Shown piece by piece: positions 53,393 to 64,000 of a DNA stretch of 64,000 nucleotides. The stretch lies in assembly GCA_973851085.1 (NCBI GenBank), contig OZ316776.1:2480001-2544000 (forward strand), in the 5' to 3' direction. The notes under the pieces were generated by a model, which was not told where the DNA came from, made no database searches, and saw only the letters and a program-made list of their open reading frames with translations. The stretch's first letter is position 1, and every line of letters begins with the position of its first letter. The stretch comes from Ptychomitrium polyphyllum. Taxonomy: Eukaryota. The position numbers and the translations under genes are program-made.

Positions 53393-55451
53393 TGCATATA
53401 CTATGCATGGACAGTTCAGACGTGCGTGATGGAGTTGTGATACTTGGTATTTAGTTTTACATCACTTCCCCGCTGTTTTAAGATCTGTCAAGGCCTTTGT
53501 GACAAGCCTGTTTTGTGTTTTCTTGACAGAGATTGTTGTGCCTCCTAGTTTCTTGACAACGACGAAAGATGAACTATGGTTTTTGCTGTAATTACAAATA
53601 AGATGATCAAGAAATGCCATACATCAGGCTCGATTCCCCTGTAAATAGAAGTTATATAGATGTTAGGGGTTCTCTCGAATAGTGTTTGATAGAGAGCCTG
53701 ATCGGTGTTAGTGATCTCTTATCAGCGTTGATGTTACCGGATTTTTGAGTTGCTGGACTTTACAGGGATGAAAGCTCACGGTGTCTTTATTAGGCTTTTT
53801 TAGAGTTCCGTATCAGCTTGAGAATTGTACTACGAGGTGAATTTTCATGACACTTGTTATGCCCAGACTATGGCAAAGTTTTAAATTATAAATTTTCTGT
53901 TTAGGAGTTTAAGGGTGAGGATAATGTTGACCGGGAAATGGTGTCTCCAATTCTAAATATCTGTTTTTAATATTAAATGTAATCTGCCGAAGCCTCACAA
54001 ATTCTAGGTCCTTTATACACTGTCTACGAATAGTGTCGCTCATGGAGTGATTTTCTGATATTGTTGGATCCGAGACACGGGTGATTCCTTTTAGTCCTGT
54101 GGTGTCTGTGTACTCTGCACTTTGAAAAATTACTTTTGTTTTTACTTTTAAAATTTTACTTTTTACTATTTACTGTTTATAATTTATTTTTGTACAAAAA
54201 CCTGCATTAAATGCGAGTACAGCTCCCTTCTAGTTTTAGGTTTTTATACATATTCCGAAAGGAAACCTCATAGTCCTGTGTTTTTGTCTGTCTACTTAAA
54301 ATGATCACTTTTATGTTTTTATTTTTTATAATCTAACTCTTATTTTTTACTGTTTATTTTTTCTTTTATTTTTTATTATTATTTATAGCTTATTGTTTGA
54401 AATCTGCTGTTCACATTTTTGTTTTTTATATTTTTACTTTTACAATTGCACATAAACTTGTGTTGAATGCCATCACATCAAAGATGTAACAGCCGCATTA
54501 CTAGTTAAAGCACGGAAGTTTAGCTGGGAAAGCTTTCAAATTTGTAATTATCGAGTGTATGCAAAAACCAGTTTTAGCTTCACAGTATATGTTCCAAACT
54601 TTTTTATAATCCTGCTCAACTTCAACTAGAAACTGTCCGTCTGTGAAGGTCGCCAAGCTCTGCACTCAGAACATAGCAATGTGAGCATCTGAATAATGAG
54701 AGAAGTTCAGTTGAATGAAGAAGACAATGATTATTCCCATCAAGTTCCTGCTGCCATTTTTGTTTCTGACATTGCACTGCACCGCATTAGTTTTCCTAAA
54801 GTTTCTTTCAAATGAGCAACCAGCGTCGCTTTTCAGCGGTCCAGCGCGATAGCCACTGCTCTCCTCTCCTTGTCATCAATCGTTTTCGCCGAGGCTGTGG
54901 CCACAATGCGGATTGCGTCAGCAGTTGGTCTCTATGGTTGAGTGACAAAGATCGACCTACGGCGAGTTCGATGATCCCTTGCGGTGGGAGTGAGCTCTTG
55001 GGTGTGGCACGCTAAGTATGGAGACGTTGCTTGTGGCAGTTATTTCCGCAGTGTGACGTTTCGTTTCCGGGTGACCGACTGAGCTCCTTTTCTGTCGTAT
55101 CGGTGAATTTATCTCTGCCCTGTTTCTGTATACATGTTGAACTTCGAAGACTCTCTGTACTTGTGTTTCTGTGCACTGATGCTAAGCGCTTCAATTTCGA
55201 CTTTGAGACGTCTCAATCCTATGGGCTCCGATCATTTTATTCTGCGAAAATGTACGAGTGGTTCTCACTTTTCTACCTTTGACGTGTTACTCTGATTTGT
55301 AACGAGGGTTGAATTTAATTTTTATTGATGGTCTTTAATTCTGATGTTGAGAACCCTCGCTGACGACGCCGTTTTAGAATCTTTTCGTGTCCTGAGCTTA
55401 AGTTCTTTGCTTTTTGGAGACAAAGGCCGCCTTGATTAGTGTGAAGCGAGA

Positions 55452-55638
55452 ATGGCTTCTGGCGGAGGGACTGAGGTCAGGGTTGCTGTCCCTCAACGGC
55501 TACTTCGGCAGTATGCTGCTGGGGACGTCACAAAATCCTTCGACAGTGAGGCGGTGTCGTCTTCATTGGCGTCCGCTGCCCCAATCTTGCGAGTTTCCAA
55601 TAAGATGGAGGCTTTTAATCGCAGGGTTGCTTATCTAT
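55452..55638 (+). pseudogene. Orphan first coding exon of a callose synthase (CalS/GSL)
   Basis: RLLRQYAAGDVTKSFDSEAVSSSLASAAPILRVSNKMEAFNRRVAYLC matches the CalS N-terminus (FDSEVVPSSL..IAPILRVANEVE..NPRVAYLC). A donor lies in the Cys codon (T|GTACC). No RFYAFEKAH-type exon 2 was found downstream. Confidence 0.85.
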
Positions 55639-55870
55639 GTACCGTGGATCTAGACTATCCTAGTAATAATAATCCATCAAACTAATTTTCTACATGTTTC
55701 TTTCCGTGGTTCACCTTTTGCTGGCCACATTTCTCTCTTCTACAACGTGGCGAACACGGTTCTAAATCATCAATATAAATGACACTGAGTTACAGTTGAC
55801 TAGAATAGACGTGATCTCAATTTGAGACTGATGCACGATAATAGCAGGTAGTTACCGTGCTTCCGAAGAC

Positions 55871-56341
55871 CGCTTCGAAGCGAAGATCGAATGATCAGCT
55901 GCACAAACGCATCGCTCAGAGTATGCTCTTCCAGAATCTTACACAGCACCTGGCAAACTATCTAGATATTAGCTGCAACTATATAACCCAACAGCCCAAC
56001 AACTGAACAGTTACTCGCATAGTTCACTGAGGTCTAGACACGTTCGTGAAAGTGGCCTGAGCGACGGGAACAGAGGAATGGAGAATGAGCTGCAATGGAC
56101 ATCCTAATCATTGCAGACACGCGAACTCGAATTGGAACGTCACAAGCATCCGATCGCAACTGAACACACGTCTACAAGACCACTTACCATGCGTTCAGAA
56201 GGATGTGAGGTTCACCACGTGACTATTCTAGCCGCCTTGAAGGCAGGAAGCGTTCACAGATGAAAGCAACATAACATGCAAGAGCTGTAGGAGGGGGCAG
56301 AGGCTCACAGCAAAGAGTTGAAGTTTCAGCAGCAGCAGCGA
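55871..56341. repeat. ~470-bp dispersed duplication, copy B (copy A at 18219-18690)
   Basis: Near-identical to 18219-18690. Confidence 0.95.
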
Positions 56342-59300
56342 TCAACAAGAGATATGATTGCAAGATAGTGGAGGAAATGCTCCCGGACATCGAACACTTA
56401 GAAAGACATATCCGCAATTTTTCAAGAGTTCATTGAAAGAGACATCGTCCGGCCTACTATATTTCGTTAAGTAGCCACCACATCCAATTTGTAGTTTTCT
56501 GCTCCAACGATTATTTTTCATGTTTCCCGCGCTGGTTTTCTGCACCTCTGTGCTGGACCTTTGCACTTGGGGCTTCATTTATGATTGAACATAAGTCAAA
56601 CAACTAGATCAACTATTAAAATAACTTAAAAAGTTCTGGTACTGATTTATTAAAAATTTTATTTAAAAAAAATCGGTCAAGGTATATTGCATCTTCAGTA
56701 ACCAACTCCACCATTTGTATTTAGAAGGTGAATATTAAGCAAGATTTGAGAAATGATCACAACCTAGTTCATAGATTGCTCAAAACTAGTGATGAAGATT
56801 TCCTCTTAACACTAAATTGTATCACAAAAAGTACTACCTTTTCTTGTGCCCATCCACAATAGAAAAGAAGAGTGTTGATATCACAGAGGATGACTGGCAC
56901 AAGTCAAAAGAGTTAGCAACAGATTGATGGTATGAGGATTAGTACACAAAACCCAGTTGTATGCTTATGCCTTTAAAGCATTGCAAATGGGTTTCTATCT
57001 ATCTTGTAGTATCAAAGGGAATGTATGAAGACGTAGGCATTATCAAGGGGCAGATCCATTAACACTTTTTCTGTGGATATCACAGTATTGATGATGCATC
57101 ATCAATACTAATTGTGCCATGCAAAGGACTGCAGATCATGTGAGATTACTAAATGAAAATTTTGGCAAGTTGTAAGGTTATTTTTGAAGACCCTGCGTTC
57201 GAAATTTATAATTATTGTAGTTGCAATTATGCTGGATTGACATGTACTTTATGTTGAGATGTACTTCTTTGCAGGAAATGAGACTTAGGAGCTTTCAAAT
57301 TGATTCTAATGATGATATGGATGAAGGATTTGAGCATGACTGAGAGATCATTTTGAAGCCATGCATAGCTTTTTCAAGCCTTAATGTGCAAATTCTTCCA
57401 GGATTATTCCTCTGGAGGTTGACACTTCACAAGGGTCATTCCCTTTTGTAAGTTTGTATAACAGACACCCCTTTCAGAATATTTATTTCCATATTTTGTG
57501 AGGTGTGAAGAAATTCATTGGAAGCTTTGAGAGGCCCATATTACATATCATTGAAAAGAAAAAAGCTTTTCCCGCAACATTGGGTGGTCTATGTTAAATA
57601 TTCTTAAAAAAATTATTTTTGATTATGGAAGTTTGACTTGCTATTGCTATTTTTGCTTAGATAATTAGAAACAAATTCAATAATTTATAAGATGTTGATC
57701 TAAAAGTTCAAAAATATGTGATGTTTTTACTAATAAAAGGATCTTTTAACCAATTTTTAAAAATCAAGATCTTTGGTATAAACTTGGTTTTTTTTGTAGT
57801 TGTGTTTTAGGATTTATAATTATTACTTGAGTTGCATTTTAATATAAATGTGAGTTAATTTTTACTTTTCTTCTTCCATACGTATGTATCAAAATAAATA
57901 TTCTAAAAAGAAGCCTATCAATGATTAGTGATTATAGATCTAAAAGATGATGTTGTAAAATTTGATTGCATAACAAAATCATGAAATCCAATATGAAATG
58001 TTTTTGATTTAATAGAAGCTACAAAAATAATTTATTTAATTCTTAAAAGCTCATGCAATCACCAAGTAATTTCTTAAAATTTTATACAATTCAATATTCA
58101 TTTAATTAAAATTTATTATTTTGAATGAGTTTGTTGAATTAATACTCATCAAAAACCATAACTTCTCTACTTCAAAAATTAGTCCTTTAAGAATTGAATA
58201 TATAATGGCAATTACTCCAAAATTTCCAGTTTTGTTTACATTTTATTAACATGCCTTCATTCTTCAGCAATGCATGATTAATCCTACAAGGGTCAATCTT
58301 ATATATAACGCACTACAAATTGCTTTTGCAAAATCCTTCATCATTATAACCATGCCCCAAAGAGGTCTCGGTACTCTGGTCCAAACTCCAAACACCGACT
58401 CATTGGCCCTTTTTAATTCAATTCCATACAGGTTCTCAGAACCTACAAAGAGAAAGCACGCCCGGGTTTACCATCCAAGTCAAACAAACAGCTATGCATG
58501 TTTCCACCCAATCCCGCGTCGCCACATCATCGAATCTCGCACGGAATCGACAGTGGCTATCCTTACGTTCCCCACACAAAGAGCGAAGTTACCATGACCG
58601 TCCCGCGTGACGGAACGCCATACCGACAATTCTCAGCAGTAACCGAGCTTTTGTTACGATAACCTTTGTTCACCGTCGTAAGAGTCGATTGAGGTCGTCT
58701 CGCTCGTCTCGTCTAGTTAGTTCTGGAAGTTTACGGGAGTCACCGCGTTTTCACCCTGTTCCTTTGGTGAGGTTTTCGAGCTCTTGCATATGCGCATTCC
58801 AGGACTGCCGTTCGTCTTCGTGGCCGTGGAAGAGAGGAGCATTGTCGGGATGCTTACAGGCGAGTTGCGCTTCTTTCGGAATGGCGGTTTCAGTGAATGG
58901 TGGTGTTGCTTCAGGTTTGCGGTAGGTTTCTTTTGGCTCTTCGTCTCGATTCGCTTGATGTGAGTTTTGCAGTAGGAAGCATGGTTGAGGCGGATATGAA
59001 GACGGCTGTCTCGTTTTAAGGATTTGTCGGTTCTAGAAAAGGAGAGGTATCGGGGGAGGAATCTTGTGGTTTTGTTGTCAGGGAAGCTGATTCAAGGTGT
59101 TTTGATAGATCGCACGAGTTTTGGTGCTGGATTGCCCTAGCTGAGATTGTTCGCTAAGTATCCGCGAGAGAAACAACCGTGCGTGGTCGTTGCGTTGTAA
59201 CGTCGTCGTGAGGATCTGAACCCTGATATAATGATTGCATCAGGGTCGGCTAGGGTGGCGCTGGTCCTCGGTGATGCATTGGTATGGTTTGTAGAAATCG

Positions 59301-59445
59301 TAGAACTCTAGGTGTTCTAGGAACTCATTATGGCATGCGAGGCTTGTTATGAGCATTCCATCGAAGGTACACGTAGTTCAATTAGTTCGAGCAGTAACTT
59401 CTGTAAGTAGTCCAGACTGTTCGGGTTGTGGCAATAACCATAGCC

Positions 59446-62400
59446 ATGGCGGACTACTCCGATGTGGATTACTTTGAGGAGACCTTGTCCTCCATAGAGC
59501 TGGTGCAGCAGTTAGCAAGCCATCAAGTGCAATTGAACCTATTTCAACGTCAGTATCTAGCTTCAAAGCTTGGAGAAACAGGGAACTTCATCAAAGCCAA
59601 CTCCAATACAATCAGGGCAATAACTAACCGGGGAGACATCCGGCGTAAAGCTCTACTGATGCTGTATTTCACGGTGAAGCGTGCTGAGAACCTGGTGCGG
59701 AATTGCTGCTGCGAGATGGAATCGTGGCTGGAGTCTGCCGTGACGTTAGCGCACATAAAAGAGGACATTGTAGATATCCTGCTGGATTTGCGGTGGTGGA
59801 GTTCCATGGTGGGCATTGCAATTGCGTCCGTCACGCGGATGTCGAGCGGGCAGCATGATGAGTTGAAGCTTCTGAGAAAAGCGGAAGTGGATTTTGATAG
59901 CCTGTTGCAGCAGCTCCAGTTGCCCTCGAACGAGCTGGACGAGGCGGTCACAAAGGATAAGGTTCAGCTGTTGAAGATGTTGGATGATGTGCAAACTTCA
60001 TACGGTGGCAGAAATAGAGATCCAGAACGTAACCACAAGCATCTGCTGGCCGCTCATGTGCTGTCGCGGCTGGAGAATAAGGTCTTTGAGACCATGGGGG
60101 ACGCGGACCTAAATGTGTGCGAAGACAACAAAATGATTGGAATGGGCGGCTGCGGTGCTGTCTTCAGTGTGCGATGGCTTGGACGCAGATGCGCTCTGAA
60201 AACGCTGAAGTACAAGTGCACGGAGGAGGCGACAAGCTTGAGTGCATTTCAACATCCACACATTGTTCAGTTTTTTCGTTACTGGGAGGCTCCTTATGAT
60301 GTCACACCGTCCCAGGATGGCACACCTTATGGAAACTCCCATAATGGCACACCGAGTGAGGCATTCAGTACCGCTCCTCGGACTGATATATCCATGAGCT
60401 CCCACTCACTGAAGGAGCTCCGGTCGCACATATTAATGGAATATCTGCCGTCGGATCTTGCTGAGCACATGCAAGCGATGAAGGCCAATGCGACGAGAAA
60501 TATGGAAGGCTCCAAGCGGAGGGCAGCACCCAGTCCAGAGTTGCCGATGTCCGAGGATGTGGGTATTGATGTGATGCTGCAAATTGCGAAAGCTATGTGG
60601 CACTTGAACAGTAAAGATGTTGCTCATCGGGATCTCAAGCCTAACAATGTACTGATAAGACTGGTGAGTAAAGATGAGGTTCCTGAGCTTAGCGCTCGAG
60701 GGTACGTGCGTGTGAAACTTGGGGATTTCGGCCTTGCCAAAACGGAAGCTCATAGCTCCGCATATAGCAAACAGACGACCATGATTGGGACGAAAATATA
60801 TGGTGCGCCGGAAGTCTTCACCTCGGAAGTTTTCTCGGGAAAGTCATTTCCGCGACGAGCCGATGTATGGAGTTTTGGTATCATGTTTAACGAGGTTCTC
60901 AGTGGAAAGTCACCGATTCAGGCCGCAGATGGTCAGAAAATTTCAGAATTGCATGGCAGGTTAAGAAAAGGTTGGAGACCAGCGTTACCGGAGAACTGTC
61001 CAGATTACTTGAAGTTCTGTATCACAAATTGCTGGGAGCTACGTCCTCAGAACCGGCCAAATTTCTCAGATCTGTGGAAGATGGTAAGATTTGCTCAGGT
61101 TCGGAGCCTGGGCCTCATTCGAGAGAACCACGACCTTTTTACTTTCAAGACTAGAGATTCTGTGAAACGATTACATTCATTAAAGCGAACACCTGCACCT
61201 GCATCCGATCTCCTTCTTGACAACGAAGCGAGTCTGAAATCAAGCTCAATTTGGCTGTTCATATGGCGGATCACATACCTTCTTCTAAGGAGTAAGTATT
61301 CTACCGTTCTGTCTTTCTGTTTCTTTTAGGTTTGAGGAGAATCGATTAGTACCAGGGATCGCATAGTCTAGATGTTTTTATTCCTGCATGCACCTTGACT
61401 GACTGTACATGTACACTTCCACTTTGCACTTACTGCGAATTAAACCTTCATATGGAGGCACTCCGTGATATAATATGGTGGTATTTGAACATGCGACAGA
61501 TGAATTGTAATTCAATTTTATGGGAGATGAACTTATGAAAATCTTTTTGGGTGTGACGTACCGTAGAGGTTTCCGTTTCCAAAACATATCGTATTAAAGT
61601 GGGATTAAAAAAATCTAAATTGTGATCTTTGTTTACAGGACGGGAACCTAGCAACCAGACTAGCTCGTCATATCGATCTGATGACAAACCACTGGTAAGC
61701 GTTTGTGAGTAGCACTGTAGCATGTCTAATCAATACATCTTCTAGATTTATGCTTTCTTTGATTCTCTCTTCTAGGATCCATATTTAAGAACTCCTCTTG
61801 CGCATATAAAATGAGAGACATCAAAGCAAAATCATCTTTCTTACTAATGATGTTTCTTTTTTCATTCCTTACTTTAAATATTTACAGTTAATCAACTCAT
61901 TCCTTTTCTTGTTATTATTGAATAGGGATACCTCGTGAATCCAGTTTGGCCGCTCGAGCCTACCTCTAATCCGAATCTGGATGTCATCTTCTTCGAGGGA
62001 AATGTTGGAAGAAGGAAATATCTGTCTTGCAAGGACACGTGGGTGCAGCGGGCCAAACCCGATGTATGGTGGCCCCGAGATTGGTTGCCAAAGGATTTCA
62101 AGGGCGACATTCGAGTGTTGCTTCTTGAGTACAGCATCTCGGAGCCCAGTATAGAAGGGGTTGTGGACGGTTTGCAAAGACTGCTGGTGTTCAGGTAGAG
62201 ATTCTATCAATTGTTGAGTTCACGCATACAATTTTGAAACAGTGAAATTGAGTGGGCGTGCTGAGATCCGGGCCGAACTACAGGATCTGTTGTTATTGTG
62301 TCGACTTGTTTATTTTGGATAGCGACACCTAATTCAGGCTCCAAGTATCTTGACGTTGTTTGTACATTGCAGTGACCTTTGGAACCTTGGACACACCTGG

Positions 62401-63382
62401 CAGCGCCCGATTGTTCTCGTAGGACATAGCCTAGGGTGCGTGGTGATTGAACAGTTGGTTGTGGCTCTTGACAAAAGAGCGAAAGCAATTGGAAGCTTGC
62501 AGGATGAAATGGAAATTACGCGGGCAAAGGTTTCAAAGGCATTTTTGGCGAGTCTGGCAGGATGTTTCTTCTACGCTCCACCGTTGAAAGGGCTCATGCC
62601 AAGCGTAGATCTACAGAAATATGTGTTCGGAGGCTTAAGCTACTCAAGAGCTCTATTTGCAGATCTGTGTTTGGACTCTCCGAAGTTGAAAAAGATTTCG
62701 AAGGAGTTCATGCAGGCACGAAGTGAGAACGTGAAGTTGATGGCTTTAATAGAGGGCTTTCACACAAGAGGGGTAAACCAGTCTCTTTTTTACAACTCAA
62801 GCTATCGTTGAATGTTTCAGTGTTATATTGACAGAAGACTATTTGCAGGCGTAAGGTTGATATAAGATGCATGATACTGCGGTTTCTTGTCTCGTTGTTT
62901 GTGTTTGGCTGTACGAGAACGTGTGTTATGTTTCGAAGGTCATGCAGGTGTTGAGTGCATCACAGATTTTCATAAGGAAATGGTATATAGGTTGTCTTCT
63001 AACGTTTGAGAGGCCCGGGTTTGTGTAGAGACAAGTTGTTCCACCAGAATCGATGAAGGATTTTGCCGGTGTAGTGGTGGAGCTACAGGACTCAAATCAT
63101 AGTGATATCTGTAAACCTACCAACAAGGAGCATCGGGCTTACAGGGAACTTGTGGAGTTCATTGGAGGCATTTTGAATGCGAAACAGGTATGTGTTCTCA
63201 CCTTGATCAACGTTCTTGTTTTTCCATGTTTTTCAAGGACATTATTCCCGTTGTGTGGATCTATTAATGCATTTTGTTATTGAGGGCGAATTTTTGAAAT
63301 TGTAGTATCTTGTAACCCAGATGCCTAATTCCTGGTGCAGGTCGTTCCGGATATGTCTGGTGACAAGCAGCTTGCTACCATG
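59446..63382 (+). CDS. Helical-bundle (MLKL/MCAfunc-like) - RD protein kinase - alpha/beta hydrolase fusion; exons 59446-61291, 61639-61694, 61926-62194, 62373-62772, 63029-63187, 63341-63382; 3' end uncertain (next acceptor at 63580)
   Basis: Kinase motifs GMGGCGAV, CALK, HPHIV, HRDLKPNN, DFG, GTKIYGAPE, DVWSFG. Hydrolase motifs LDVIFF, WWPRDWLPKDF, RPIVLVGHSLG, QVVPPES, NHSDICKP. Five GT-AG introns with matching phases (1,0,2,0,0) join them into one frame. Confidence 0.8.
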
Positions 63383-64000
63383 GTCAGTCAGTGAGAGGGT
63401 TGTGTCAACGAAATTCTCAGTTGTTATTTTTATATGCATCGATTTATTAGGTAAAAAATGAGCGATCTACGAGGTCGTTTAGGCATTTAGTCATTTAGTT
63501 GTTTGTCGAGAAGTTCATCGTATGAGAACTTTATCCACGTTGTTTTCACTCTCTACAGTGAATTCAGTTGTTTTGTTCAGGTGACACAAGATACATGTCA
63601 TCGGTATCTTGTTACCATATGCAAAGTTTATCAGCTTTAGGCGTTTAGATTTCTTGGGAGAATTAATCTCCGTGTGCTTACTGTTGGCATAATCAGTACT
63701 TTCACAAGATACCGACGGAGTAGACACTAGATACATAGTAGGATCTTGATCGAACAGTTGCTTATAACCGAGCTTATGCCGTAACAATCGGTTTTATCTT
63801 GTGTAATTACTTATTCGCGAACTGAAGGAAAGGTGTTATGGCATTGCGTCTCATTTTTCTCTTGGAACATATGAGGAGCATTGAATTAGAAAACTTTTAG
63901 TGTCAATGAGTCTCTGTGCTCTTGATAAGTTCTGTACGGCGTATGCTAATCTGATGACTTAAATATTGAAATAGTTAACTTAGACTGCGTAGATTGAGAT

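Overview
Eukaryotic nuclear DNA from a land plant, most likely a moss. This is inferred from short GT-AG introns, the gene families present, and GC-richer genes alternating with very AT-rich decayed blocks. Recognisable spliced genes: the 5' part of BIO3-BIO1 (-, runs off the left edge), a NEF1-like multi-pass membrane protein (+), a GA3ox-like 2-oxoglutarate/Fe(II) dioxygenase (-), a SOSEKI polarity protein (-), a MYG1 exonuclease (+), and a conserved plant protein of the UCP012943/At4g25170 type (+). At the right end, one spliced frame fuses an MLKL/MCAfunc-like helical bundle, an intact RD protein kinase and a SERAC1/PGAP1-like alpha/beta hydrolase; this is the most interesting item. Between ~14.5-25 kb, 30.7-47 kb and 53.9-58.3 kb lies accessory DNA: four copies of a Helitron-type 3' end, an 810-bp apparently identical duplication, a 470-bp duplicated 5'-UTR segment, an orphan first exon of callose synthase, and several frameshift-free fossil frames broken by stops compatible with C->T decay. 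All exon boundaries and translations were done by eye, and family names come from recalled motifs, not database searches.
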